NCBI GenBank assembly: GCA_027067965.1
Contig: JAMOUV010000032.1
Coordinates: 114,315-178,314, forward strand
Source of the DNA: Flavobacteriales bacterium
Lineage (GTDB): Bacteria > Bacteroidota > Bacteroidia > Flavobacteriales > Flavobacteriaceae
Reading direction: 5' to 3'
Length of the DNA stretch: 64,000 nucleotides
The translations under genes were made by a program, and so were the position numbers. This document shows positions 1 through 9,647 of this stretch, one piece after another. The stretch's first letter is position 1. Every line of letters starts with the position of its first letter. Under the pieces are notes generated by a model. It was given only the letters and a program-made list of their open reading frames with translations, had not been told where the DNA came from and ran no database searches.

Positions 1-663
1 CCTATTTTCTTATTTTCGGTTGCCCAAACACGGATTGATAGCGGCATCACCGCCGTATTTAATTCGGTCACTCCCCTATTCGTCCTGTTAATCGCTCATT
101 TCGGAATAAAACAACCCGTCACCAAACGCCAAATAATAGGCGTTCTCCTGGGATTTACCGCCGCCGTTGCGCTTATTTTTGTCAGTTCCGAAACCCATCC
201 CGGGCAAAATTATTTTTATGCCATGTGGGTTTTCTTAGCAGGAATTTCCTATGCCATAGATATGAATCTTATTAAGAAATGGTATAAAGATATGCCTGTC
301 CTTATTTTTTCTTCGGGAATTTTTATAAGCATCCTTCCCGTCGCTTTGCTCATTCTTTACCTTACCGGCTTTTTTGAATTGGATTGGCACGAACCCACCG
401 TTCGCAATTCCCTGTACTACGTGGCCATTGTGGCTATTTCGGGCAGTGTGATAGCCAAATTGATGTTCAACAAACTGATTCAAATCGACTCACCCGTATT
501 TGCATCAACGGTTACCTATATTATTCCCATGGTGGCTGTAATTGCCGGCATACTTGACGGAGAAAAGATTCATTTCAGTCAAATCGTTTCGGGCATCATC
601 TTGCTTTATGCCATTTACTTAAGCGGGAGCAATAATAAGAAACAAATCAAGCGGACAAGGTAA
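1..663 (+). CDS. EamA/DMT-family permease, 5' end outside the window
   Basis: Frame 1 is open from base 1 into the listed ORF 223..663. The translation is a run of hydrophobic helices (AVFNSVTPLFVLLIAHF, YVAIVAISGSVIAKLMFNKLIQ, TVTYIIPMVAVIAGILDGE) typical of the duplicated EamA domain. Confidence 0.65.
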   Translation, partial: PIFLFSVAQTRIDSGITAVFNSVTPLFVLLIAHFGIKQPVTKRQIIGVLLGFTAAVALIFVSSETHPGQNYFYAMWVFLAGISYAIDMNLIKKWYKDMPVLIFSSGIFISILPVALLILYLTGFFELDWHEPTVRNSLYYVAIVAISGSVIAKLMFNKLIQIDSPVFASTVTYIIPMVAVIAGILDGEKIHFSQIVSGIILLYAIYLSGSNNKKQIKRTR

Positions 664-715
664 ACAGGTTTCACAGTTCTGCGAAAAAACGTATTTTAGC
701 ACATAAAACCGTTTT

Positions 716-1774
716 ATGTCCAATACATTCGGCCGGATATTGCGTTTAACAACTTTCGGGGAATCTCACGGCGAAGCCGTGGGCGGTATTTTGGACGGCA
801 TGCCGGCGGGCATTGAAATAGACTTCGATTATGTTCAAAAACAACTCGATCGACGCAGGCCGGGCCAATCGGAATTAACCACTTCGCGTTCCGAAAAAGA
901 CCGCGTCAAATTCCTTTCCGGCATTTTCGAAGGAAAAACATTGGGAACTCCCATTGCTTTTATTATTGAAAACAAAAATGTCCGCTCGAAAGATTACGAA
1001 CACCTCAAAGACGCTTTTCGTCCCTCGCATGCCGACTTTACTTACGAAAAAAAATACGGCCGTCGAGATTGGCGCGGAGGCGGAAGGGCATCGGCACGAG
1101 AAACGGCCGCCAGAGTGGTGGGAGGTGCATTAGCCTGGCATTTGATTCCGGATATAAAAATTCAAGCGCATGTTCATGCGGTTCATCAACTCTCTTCCCG
1201 AAAAACCATCGAAGAATTGGACTGGGATTTTGTCGAACAAAATTCCGTTCGCACGGCCGATAAAGATTTGGCCGAAGCATTTGAAAAAATAATAAAAAAA
1301 ACAAAAAAAGAAGGCGATACCGTAGGAGGAATCGTATTATGCCGGATTACTTCCATTCCGCCGGGATTAGGGGAACCCGTATTTGACAAACTGGAAGCCC
1401 GGTTGGCATCGGCCATGCTGAGCATACCTGCGGCAAAAGGATTTGAAATCGGTAGCGGATTCGACGGAAGCCGGATGAAAGGTAGCGAACATAATGATAT
1501 TTTCCTGCCCGGCGGCACAACGGGCTCCAACTACTCGGGCGGTGTGCAAGGAGGAATCAGCAACGGCATGCCCGTTTATTTCAAAGTGGCTTTCAAACCC
1601 GTTGCCACTTTAATGAAACCTCAACAAAGCATCGACCGGCATGGAAATAAAATAATCATCAAGCCCAAGGGACGCCACGACCCGTGTGTATTGCCCCGGG
1701 CGGTACCTATTGTGGAAGCCATGGCGAACCTTGTCATCGCGGATTTTGTTTTGTTGCAAAAAATTCAAAAATAA
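716..1774 (+). CDS. aroC: chorismate synthase
   Basis: The 352-aa protein has an N-terminus ([34 protein letters not shown]) and a C-terminal GRHDPCV motif that are hallmark chorismate synthase signatures. Confidence 0.95.
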   Translation: MSNTFGRILRLTTFGESHGEAVGGILDGMPAGIEIDFDYVQKQLDRRRPGQSELTTSRSEKDRVKFLSGIFEGKTLGTPIAFIIENKNVRSKDYEHLKDAFRPSHADFTYEKKYGRRDWRGGGRASARETAARVVGGALAWHLIPDIKIQAHVHAVHQLSSRKTIEELDWDFVEQNSVRTADKDLAEAFEKIIKKTKKEGDTVGGIVLCRITSIPPGLGEPVFDKLEARLASAMLSIPAAKGFEIGSGFDGSRMKGSEHNDIFLPGGTTGSNYSGGVQGGISNGMPVYFKVAFKPVATLMKPQQSIDRHGNKIIIKPKGRHDPCVLPRAVPIVEAMANLVIADFVLLQKIQK

Positions 1775-1779
1775 AATGT

Positions 1780-3111
1780 ATGAAAAAAATACCCTTACAT
1801 TGGAAAATAATGATCGGTATGATACTGGGAGTGGTGGTAGGAATTTTATTAACCTACACTTCATGGGGTAAAGATTTTACCTATAATTGGATAAAACCTT
1901 GGGGAGATATCTTTATCCGGATGCTCAAGATGATAGCCATTCCTTTGATTTTGGCCTCTTTGGTCAAGGGAATTTCCGATATGAAAGATATTTTGAAGTT
2001 CAAAACCATCGGTCTGCGCACTTTGGGATGGTATATCCTAACCACCGTAACAGCCATAATCATAGGTTTGGTTTTGGTCAATACCATCCGACCGGGCACG
2101 AAAATTTCACATGAAACAGTCATAAAATTGGAACAAAGTTTAAAAGATAATCAAGCCATTTCCTCTAAAATTAAAACGGCACAAGCCCAAAAAGAAAAAC
2201 CCGCCCTGCAATTCATTGTGGATATGGTACCCGATAATGTATTCAAAGCCATGACTGAAAATAAACTCATGTTGCAGGTTATCTTTTTCTCGGTGTTACT
2301 GGGACTGACCTTGATATTGATTCCCGCTCATAAAGTTCGGGTAGTCAAAGAATTTTTTGACGGCTTTAATGAAATTATTCTCAAGATGGTCGATTTAATC
2401 ATGCTCACCGCGCCTTACGCAGTTTTTGCATTGATATTAAATATTATCGTAAGTACGGGCGGAGATTGGGGCTTGATGAAAGGATTGCTTTGGTATGCGG
2501 CCACAGTCGTAGCCGGACTGATGATTATGATTGTCTTTTATATGTTTTTGCTTCGGATTTTCGCCAAAAAAAATCCGTTTTGGTTTCTTAAACAAATCAG
2601 TCCCGCCCAATTATTGGCATTTTCTACCAGTTCTAGTGCGGCTACCCTGCCCGTGACCATGGAACGAGTGGAAGAACATGTGGGCGTGGATAAAGAAGTT
2701 GCCGGATTCGTTCTGCCCGTAGGAGCCACGGTGAATATGGACGGAACCAGTTTATATCAAGCCGTGGCAGCGGTTTTTATTTTAGAAATATTTTGGCCCG
2801 AGGGCCTCACTTTCACCAATCAAATCACCATCATTTTAACTGCACTTCTGGCATCTATCGGTGCGGCGGCCGTACCCGGAGCGGGAATGGTTATGCTTGT
2901 GATTGTGTTGGATTCGTTAGGTTTTCCGCCGGAAAAACTAGCCATGGGATTGGCGCTTATCTTCGCGATTGACCGCCCGCTCGATATGTTGCGTACCGTT
3001 ATTAATGTAACCGGTGATGCCACGGTATCCACGTTAGTAGCCAAAAGTGTAGGAAAATTACGAAAGCCCAAACCCAAAGAATGGGACGACTATTTGCATG
3101 AAAAATTATAA
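1780..3111 (+). CDS. dicarboxylate/amino acid:cation symporter (DAACS family, GltP-like)
   Basis: Polytopic protein with SSSAATLP, GATVNMDGT and DRPLDMLRTVINVTGD motifs typical of the sodium:dicarboxylate symporter family. The ATG at 1780 (MKKIPLHWKIM) is preferred over the listed 1684 start, which would overlap aroC. Confidence 0.85.
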   Translation: MKKIPLHWKIMIGMILGVVVGILLTYTSWGKDFTYNWIKPWGDIFIRMLKMIAIPLILASLVKGISDMKDILKFKTIGLRTLGWYILTTVTAIIIGLVLVNTIRPGTKISHETVIKLEQSLKDNQAISSKIKTAQAQKEKPALQFIVDMVPDNVFKAMTENKLMLQVIFFSVLLGLTLILIPAHKVRVVKEFFDGFNEIILKMVDLIMLTAPYAVFALILNIIVSTGGDWGLMKGLLWYAATVVAGLMIMIVFYMFLLRIFAKKNPFWFLKQISPAQLLAFSTSSSAATLPVTMERVEEHVGVDKEVAGFVLPVGATVNMDGTSLYQAVAAVFILEIFWPEGLTFTNQITIILTALLASIGAAAVPGAGMVMLVIVLDSLGFPPEKLAMGLALIFAIDRPLDMLRTVINVTGDATVSTLVAKSVGKLRKPKPKEWDDYLHEKL

Positions 3112-3418
3112 AAATTCATTCGACCGGAGAGTTTTGGACATCGTCTCACAAATTCCCCAGGGAAAAGTAACTACGTACGGACTCATTGCACGCAAAGCAG
3201 GCATGCCTTCCGGCGCCAGAATGGTGGGTTGGATATTAAACCGGCAAAAATTCAATCCTCGCCTCCCCGCCCACCGTGTGGTAAATCGCCACGGCGAATT
3301 GACCGGAAAAATGCATTTCGAAACCCCTAATCTGATGGAAAATCTGCTTCAAAGCGAAGGCATACCCGTGGAAAACGGAAAAATTAAAAACTTCGAAAAT
3401 TATCTTTGGAAACCCTGA
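3098..3418 (+). CDS. MGMT-family DNA-binding protein of the alkyltransferase-like (ATL) type, no acceptor cysteine
   Basis: The 106-aa protein has VTTYGLIARKAGMPSGARMVGWIL followed by PAHRVV where O6-alkylguanine alkyltransferases have PCHRV. Confidence 0.75.
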   Translation: MKNYKNSFDRRVLDIVSQIPQGKVTTYGLIARKAGMPSGARMVGWILNRQKFNPRLPAHRVVNRHGELTGKMHFETPNLMENLLQSEGIPVENGKIKNFENYLWKP

Positions 3419-3496
3419 AAAAAAAAATCAAGGTTCACATTTCCGTTATTTAGCCCGAGATATTGAAAAAAATATTTTCGATTATATCGACCGAAT

Positions 3497-3916
3497 CTAT
3501 TCGTGTGTATAATATACTTCGTAATGATAAAGATGTCCGTTAGGGGCCGAAAAATCAAATTCGAATTTCAAGTGATGCTTGTCGAGTTCAAGAATATGAA
3601 ACACTTCATGCATTGTGCCATCATCCGAATCCAAAGTTAATATTTCGGTGTCTTCATCATAAGACCATCTTCCTTCCCTTTCCACTGTACCATGACTTGA
3701 AAAAATATAATGATGGGTATCCTTTTCCAAATCCAAAGTTAAATAATCGATGGAAACGGTGGTATGGAAATTTCCATCAATATGTTCGCTAATTTTTTGT
3801 CCTTTCCAAGGATTTTTGGTTAAAAGTGATTCTGCATCAAGACCTAATAATTTTTTACAGGAAGTCGTCCCCAGTAATAGAATCAATACCGCGGTCAATA
3901 ATAATACCTTTTTCAT
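3497..3916 (-). CDS. small lipocalin-like lipoprotein, dispersed paralog (LP0) of the 22.6-24.9 kb array
   Basis: MKKVLLLTAVLILLLGTTSCKKLLGLDAESLLTKNPWKGQK gives a signal peptide plus lipobox Cys and the same N-terminal block as LP1-LP5. The ATG at 3916 is preferred over 3955. Confidence 0.7.
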   Translation of the reverse strand: MKKVLLLTAVLILLLGTTSCKKLLGLDAESLLTKNPWKGQKISEHIDGNFHTTVSIDYLTLDLEKDTHHYIFSSHGTVEREGRWSYDEDTEILTLDSDDGTMHEVFHILELDKHHLKFEFDFSAPNGHLYHYEVYYTHE

Positions 3917-4026
3917 AATTAATAAATATTTACGGTTATCCGGTAAGATAATCAATTTCGCCGTATATTAATAATAATTATTACAGATTTAGGCAAATGC
4001 GGCTGTTTTATGATATTTTTTAATAG

Positions 4027-4061
4027 AAAAACCGTCCGGTTTTCATAACCCGGACGGTTTT
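4027..4061 (-). terminator. rho-independent terminator downstream of the SGNH lipoprotein gene
   Basis: Perfect 12-bp stem AAAACCGTCCGG / CCGGACGGTTTT with a roughly 10-nt loop, followed by a T-run when read on the minus strand. Confidence 0.6.
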
Positions 4062-4085
4062 CTCGTGATTTTATCAATTCCACAA

Positions 4086-5594
4086 TTAATTTTCAGGAAG
4101 AATCCAAATATCCGGATCAAAATAACCCGGGTCGTATTTTCTTAAAGTAGAACCGTATTTTCGGTTAATGGCATCAATGATTTTATTCGTCAAAATCACA
4201 TAACCTTTCCTATTTGGATGCACGCCGTCCAATGAAAAGAATAAACTGGGCAAAGTGGAGATGCCGCTAAAATAATCGGCGGTATAAACACTGCCATCTT
4301 CCAGTCTTATTCCGGAAATAAGTTCTTCCATAGCACCTGCCATATCCACTACGGCTAAATCATAATTTTGAGCAAGGGCTCTGATAATACCGTTATATTG
4401 TGCGGTTGCGGTTCGCAATTCGTTAATTTCATTGGCGGTTAATACCCAACGATCCGAAAGTGGAGAAGTAATACCTAAAATAAGAGCCGGATTTTGAGGA
4501 TTAGGTTTCCCGATTACGCCTGCGGAAGGGAGCACCATTAAATCACCGCGCGTGGTTTGTCGTAAGGAAGGCAATCCCAAGGCGGACAAATCGGTCAAAT
4601 ACTCGTCGGTAATAACCACTGCATTACGTCCGGCATGAAAATGAATGATTCTTTTATTCATTTCGTCTTCGGTAATTAATCCGGCGGCCTTTGCCATTTG
4701 AAGTCCGCCGTTGTATTGGGCATAGGCCTGATTTAATGCCTGGGCGGTCGCACTATTCAGCGGAACCGGATTATAGGGTACGGTTGTAAAATAAGGAATG
4801 GAAGCCACATCGGGAATAGTAGCCAATACGCCCTTGGCACCGGTTGATGTAAGTGCTTGCAACATTTGATTGTATAGGAAGCCGAAAACCCCCGGATCGG
4901 TAATGTCATGCGAACCGTAAGATGTTACATCCTGATTACCGGTTTGATCTACACCCAAGCCACCCGAAGTAGCATAGGCCAATACATCATTATTCCCTAA
5001 CCATAGGGTAAAGAAAGTCGGATGTTTGGCCATCACATCTTCAAATACACTGGCATTGGGGCTTGACGCAATTCTGACGTAATAAGGATTGGCGGCACCT
5101 GCAGCCAGATTCGCCATATTTCCATATCCGTGATAAACATAATGATAAATCTTGGCACCGGGAATACCCATATTATTGTAGGGGCCGGGCTTGGGAGACA
5201 ATTCCTGGGTAGGTTCACGAGAAATTCGTTCCACTTGTCCTTCTCCGGCATCAATTACCAATCGGGGCGGAACAATCACATTGCCACCGGCTTTTAACCC
5301 ACCGATATTATCGACATCTTCTTCCAAATAAGGTATGGTAAATTCACCTCCATTGGCTTCGGCCATTCGATCGGCTAAGAGTTTGGGGAAAGAATTCTTC
5401 TGTCCCGAAAGATACAAAGTACCGTTACTATAGCCGGCGGTTAAAGAATTTCCAATGGCTACATAACTACTAAAATCGGCATTCCCCGCGCTGACATTCG
5501 GATTGTCCGGGTCAACGGGATTGCTAAATTCGGGTTCACATGAAATAAATAATAAACCCGCAAGTAGAATAATGATTCCGATATATTTTTTCAT
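4086..5594 (-). CDS. SGNH/GDSL-hydrolase-like lipoprotein
   Basis: Signal peptide with lipobox (LLFISCEPEF), an N-terminal block-I-like IGNSLTAGY, and a C-terminal DGVHPN block resembling the SGNH catalytic Asp/His block. It is adjacent to a FadL-like porin, a recurrent Bacteroidota pairing. Confidence 0.72.
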   Translation of the reverse strand: MKKYIGIIILLAGLLFISCEPEFSNPVDPDNPNVSAGNADFSSYVAIGNSLTAGYSNGTLYLSGQKNSFPKLLADRMAEANGGEFTIPYLEEDVDNIGGLKAGGNVIVPPRLVIDAGEGQVERISREPTQELSPKPGPYNNMGIPGAKIYHYVYHGYGNMANLAAGAANPYYVRIASSPNASVFEDVMAKHPTFFTLWLGNNDVLAYATSGGLGVDQTGNQDVTSYGSHDITDPGVFGFLYNQMLQALTSTGAKGVLATIPDVASIPYFTTVPYNPVPLNSATAQALNQAYAQYNGGLQMAKAAGLITEDEMNKRIIHFHAGRNAVVITDEYLTDLSALGLPSLRQTTRGDLMVLPSAGVIGKPNPQNPALILGITSPLSDRWVLTANEINELRTATAQYNGIIRALAQNYDLAVVDMAGAMEELISGIRLEDGSVYTADYFSGISTLPSLFFSLDGVHPNRKGYVILTNKIIDAINRKYGSTLRKYDPGYFDPDIWILPEN

Positions 5595-5614
5595 AATAAG
5601 TAATTTTTTAAAAT

Positions 5615-6850
5615 TTATAATTTAAGATTAAAACCAAACGAAGGCACAAAGGCATTGGTCACATAAGTTCCTTCGAATCTCGGTGCACCCAAACCTTCTT
5701 TATAAAAATTGTAGGAATCGGTCCTTTCTTTACCATCCACATATAAAAAGGCGAAATCGAATGCGAATTTTTTATGTGAATAAGTAAATCCGAAAGTATA
5801 ATTATCCGAATCCAAACTCGGTGTATCAGGCGAAAAATAACCGGCCGGTATGGGAGATTGATCGTAATAATAACCAGCTCTTACGGCCAAATTATCATTG
5901 AATGCAAATTCCGCTCCAATACGGAAAGTATTCACATCCCTCCAATTCTTAGGCATTTTATTATCCGGCAATTTGCTTTTAAAATCAATATTCAAACTTT
6001 TATAAGCCGACCAATAGGTGCGATTTACGTCAAATGCCAAACTCAGGTTTTTGAAAGGTTTTAATGCCAATCCCACGCTTAATTCAGCCGGCATGGGCAA
6101 TTCTGCTTCAAATGCATCTTTTCTTGGAAAAAATACGGGTGCATCATTGAGTTCCGCCGTACCGTAACGCGCTTTAAAAACAATTTTCGAACGATAATTC
6201 ACTCCGAAACTTATTCGGTCGGCAGCGCGAATAGTGAAACCTAATGCATATCCGCTTCCCGAAATACCTTCGGCATTTAAAGTAATATCCGTCCTGTTTC
6301 CTGCATCATCAGTCAAAAACCGGTTGACATCCTTATTAAATTGAACACTTCCGGTTGCCGCAATAAATGCAGCGGAAATCGAAAAATAGTCATTCATCTT
6401 GTAAACCATGGTGGGTTGAAAATAAATGGCTTTTAATGAAATTTTATTAACCAAATGTGAACCCACCCATCCGTCTTGCCATTTGACAGTACTACCGTAT
6501 GGCGTATAAACAGCCATTCCGAAATAAAAATGTTCGTTTTCCTTATAGGACAAATACAAATAAAAAGGCGTGCCCAAAGGATTTTCGGTTTGTGCTTGCC
6601 ATAGGTACTGTTCGTTTTGATATTTCACATTTGATTTAACCAAACTTATCCCGAAGGTGAAATTAAATTGACCGTCGAGAAATGCTACTCCCGAAGGATT
6701 GAAAAACATCGCTTCGGAATTATTGAACATCGCCGTGCCTGCATGGGCCATACCCAACATGCGAGCACCTTGCAATGCTACACGGTAGCCACCTGCATAA
6801 ACGGTGTAACTGAATAATAATACCGTAAGTAAAACTGATAACCTTTTCAT
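5615..6850 (-). CDS. outer-membrane transport protein, OMPP1/FadL/TodX family
   Basis: Signal peptide, then GGYRVALQGARMLGMAHAGTA, alternating beta-strand pattern, and a C-terminal aromatic end (FGFNLKL). Confidence 0.8.
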   Translation of the reverse strand: MKRLSVLLTVLLFSYTVYAGGYRVALQGARMLGMAHAGTAMFNNSEAMFFNPSGVAFLDGQFNFTFGISLVKSNVKYQNEQYLWQAQTENPLGTPFYLYLSYKENEHFYFGMAVYTPYGSTVKWQDGWVGSHLVNKISLKAIYFQPTMVYKMNDYFSISAAFIAATGSVQFNKDVNRFLTDDAGNRTDITLNAEGISGSGYALGFTIRAADRISFGVNYRSKIVFKARYGTAELNDAPVFFPRKDAFEAELPMPAELSVGLALKPFKNLSLAFDVNRTYWSAYKSLNIDFKSKLPDNKMPKNWRDVNTFRIGAEFAFNDNLAVRAGYYYDQSPIPAGYFSPDTPSLDSDNYTFGFTYSHKKFAFDFAFLYVDGKERTDSYNFYKEGLGAPRFEGTYVTNAFVPSFGFNLKL

Positions 6851-6901
6851 AAATATTAAAATTTTAGTAAAGATAATGATATTAAATGAAAATTAATAAA
6901 T

Positions 6902-7687
6902 TTATTTTTTGCCCTTGATAAAATGAAATACTACTTTAAATAAATCATCCGCCGCGTCCAAATGAACCAAATGTCCCGCATGCGGTATGGAAATAATTTC
7001 GGCAAGTGGAAAATGAGCCCTGATCAATGGTATATCTTCTTGCAAAATATAGGGTGATTGACCGCCTTTTATAAACAAAATAGGTTTGTCCGATTGAGAA
7101 AAAGGAGGTAGCGCCCTGCCTACTTCTTCCATATTTTCTTCCAAGACATCCCAATTGTGAGACCATCGAAAACCATCGGCTGTTCGTTTGAGACTTTTTA
7201 ACAGGAAACCGGCAATAAGAGGATCCGGCAAGGCGTTTTGTAACATGGATTCGGCTTCGCGACGAGAGTTCAATCGTTGGATATCAATGCGTTTGATGGC
7301 GTCAAAAATAAACTGATGATGCGGGCGGTAATATTTCGGTGCAATATCCACTACGATATACTTCCCCCTGTTTTCAGGATTTTCAATGGCATCGCACATA
7401 ATAATTTTTCCGCCCAGCGAATGGCCTAATAAATGAGGTGCATTCAATTGATGATATTCGATATAGCGATTCAAATCATCCCGCAAGGATTCCAAAGTAA
7501 ATTCATCGCTCCAAAATGATTTTCCATGATTACGCAAATCCAAAAGATGGACTTCAAAACCGGCCTGACTCCAACGCTTGGCCAACCTCAACCAATTATC
7601 CGAACTTCCTAAAAATCCATGTAAAATCAATAACGGTTGACCGCTTCCAATAATTTTTGAATACAGGATTTCCTCCTTACTGTCCAT
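6902..7687 (-). CDS. alpha/beta-fold hydrolase
   Basis: LLILHGFLGSSDNW oxyanion region, nucleophile elbow GHSLGG, and C-terminal HAGH. Confidence 0.8.
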   Translation of the reverse strand: MDSKEEILYSKIIGSGQPLLILHGFLGSSDNWLRLAKRWSQAGFEVHLLDLRNHGKSFWSDEFTLESLRDDLNRYIEYHQLNAPHLLGHSLGGKIIMCDAIENPENRGKYIVVDIAPKYYRPHHQFIFDAIKRIDIQRLNSRREAESMLQNALPDPLIAGFLLKSLKRTADGFRWSHNWDVLEENMEEVGRALPPFSQSDKPILFIKGGQSPYILQEDIPLIRAHFPLAEIISIPHAGHLVHLDAADDLFKVVFHFIKGKK

Positions 7688-8399
7688 GTTTCAAAATATG
7701 TTGGTATTTGGCAATCACATTTTCCATACCGAACCATAATGCTTCCACTATGAGCGCATGACCGATGGATACTTCCATTAAATGCGGCACATTTTGAACG
7801 AAATAACCGATATTATCCAAATTCAAATCATGGCCTGCATTGATGCCCAAGCCCAACTCATGGGCACGGATGGCAGCCCGACGATAGGGTTCGACTGCAG
7901 TCGGATTTCCTCGCGCAAATTCTCTGGCATAGGATTCGGTATATAATTCAACACGATCGGTACCGGTATGAACCGCTCCTTCAACCATCTCAATAACGGG
8001 GTCCACAAAAATGGATGTTCTTATGCCCAATGCTTTCAAATCCGAAATGATGTCATGCAGATAATCACGATATTTTACGGTATCCCAACCATGGTCGGAA
8101 GTAATTTGATTGGGATCGTCGGGGACCAAGGTTACTTGATCGGGTTTGACCTCTTTTACCAATTCCAAAAATTTCGGAATGGGGTTCCCTTCCACATTTA
8201 ATTCCGTCCAAACCAAAGGACGAAGTTTTCTTACATCGTCATAACGAATATGCCTTTCGTCGGGACGGGGATGTACCGTAATGCCGTCGGCACCCATGTC
8301 TTGAATTTTTTCGGCAAACAATAAGGGATCGGGGAAGTTACCTCCTCTTGCATTTCTAAGGGTGGCAATCTTATTTATATTGACACTTAATTTAACCAT
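7677..8399 (-). CDS. pdxJ: pyridoxine 5'-phosphate synthase
   Basis: KLSVNINKIATLRNARGG, VHPRPDERHI and HAGH-type motifs over 240 aa, typical of PdxJ. Confidence 0.93.
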   Translation of the reverse strand: MVKLSVNINKIATLRNARGGNFPDPLLFAEKIQDMGADGITVHPRPDERHIRYDDVRKLRPLVWTELNVEGNPIPKFLELVKEVKPDQVTLVPDDPNQITSDHGWDTVKYRDYLHDIISDLKALGIRTSIFVDPVIEMVEGAVHTGTDRVELYTESYAREFARGNPTAVEPYRRAAIRAHELGLGINAGHDLNLDNIGYFVQNVPHLMEVSIGHALIVEALWFGMENVIAKYQHILKHGQ

Positions 8400-8480
8400 T
8401 GTATTTTTTTACAAATCTAATGATTTCATTATAATCTCGGTGTGAGAAATTTTCGTAACTTCGCATAAAAGATTACAAAT

Positions 8481-8669
8481 ATGATGGGCTATATCACTCC
8501 TTTAGGCATGATAGGAACTACCGAAATTATTCTTATTGTTATTTTATTATTGTTAATGTTCGGCGGTAGAAAAATTCCCGAATTAATGCGCGGTTTAGGA
8601 ACCGGTATTAAGGAATTTAAAAATGCCGCAAAAGACAGTTCGGAAACCGAAGATTCCAAAGAAGAATAA
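8481..8669 (+). CDS. tatA: twin-arginine translocase TatA/E subunit
   Basis: A single N-terminal TM helix followed by [23 protein letters not shown]. The real start may be the internal Met at 8508 ([11 protein letters not shown]). Confidence 0.85.
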   Translation: MMGYITPLGMIGTTEIILIVILLLLMFGGRKIPELMRGLGTGIKEFKNAAKDSSETEDSKEE

Positions 8670-9647
8670 TTATCGGACCGGTTTAATTGTTTTTAATATT
8701 GCTTCCAATTCACTTAGAAGATTCCTTTTTTCGTCCGAAGGTAAATAGATAAATCCTTCCGCAACTACAATTTTGCTTTTATCGGGCAGTGAGATCAGAT
8801 AATTAATATACGGGCCTCCCATATAATCATTTTCTATTTCCCACAGCCCCCTGCTTTCAATGGCTTCCATTCCGTTGAGATTTATCTTTTGCTGAACGGG
8901 GAAAAAAGATTTTTCGGTAATCATCCATGTATTGGGCAAGGGGCCGGGAATATATTTTTTTCCGATACTGTCACGAATAGCAGGCAAGCGAGCGGCCGCT
9001 TTTTCCAATGGTTCGTACGGGATGGTATATAATAAAATATTTTTACTTCCAAAAGGCAAATCTTCCCGGTACCAAAAAAAATCTCCGTTCGAAATTATTT
9101 CTTTGAATGTATTGGGAATTTCTATGGAAATTCCGAGATTTTTTCTTATCCGGCTATCATCCACCAAATCTTTTTCCCTGAATCGGCTCTGCATAACACC
9201 GATATCGTTTTCTTTAAATAATTTGATAATCGTATCGGCTTTCTGTTTTAATAAATCGGAAATTTCTTTTTCGTCTTTTCCTGTAATTTTTACAATAACT
9301 TGCGGTTTGGCGTAAGGATCTCGAAGCACTTTTATTCCTTTTTCTTTGCCTTTTTCTACCATGAGAATATTACGTATGATAAAAAAAGTTTCATCATAGA
9401 CTTCGGGAGGAATTTGATTAATGGTAAATAAAGGTTCGCGTTGAGGAAGCACCATTACATCGCTGGCAAAGTATTTTCTAATGGTATCACCCAAAGAACC
9501 TTTCCAATCCGAATCTTCCATTACTAAAAGCAATTGATTTATTTTTCCGGTAGAGTCGAATTTTACCTTTTTACCTTTCTCACAAGAAATAAAAAACAAT
9601 TGAGATATAATGACGGTAAAGAGTAAAATAAAGGACGATCGTATCAT
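8670..9647 (-). CDS. hypothetical lipoprotein (DUF4837-like by recollection)
   Basis: MIRSSFILLFTVIISQLFFISCEKGK gives a signal peptide and lipobox. The ATG at 9647 forms an ATGA overlap with the stop of the upstream lytic transglycosylase. The family assignment is from memory only. Confidence 0.55.
   Translation of the reverse strand: MIRSSFILLFTVIISQLFFISCEKGKKVKFDSTGKINQLLLVMEDSDWKGSLGDTIRKYFASDVMVLPQREPLFTINQIPPEVYDETFFIIRNILMVEKGKEKGIKVLRDPYAKPQVIVKITGKDEKEISDLLKQKADTIIKLFKENDIGVMQSRFREKDLVDDSRIRKNLGISIEIPNTFKEIISNGDFFWYREDLPFGSKNILLYTIPYEPLEKAAARLPAIRDSIGKKYIPGPLPNTWMITEKSFFPVQQKINLNGMEAIESRGLWEIENDYMGGPYINYLISLPDKSKIVVAEGFIYLPSDEKRNLLSELEAILKTIKPVR

Noticed and set aside
1684-1779. 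Upstream extension of the DAACS transporter ORF overlapping the aroC 3' end.
   Set aside because: The extension is non-hydrophobic and Cys-rich, lies inside aroC, and the ATG at 1780 gives a typical transporter N-terminus.
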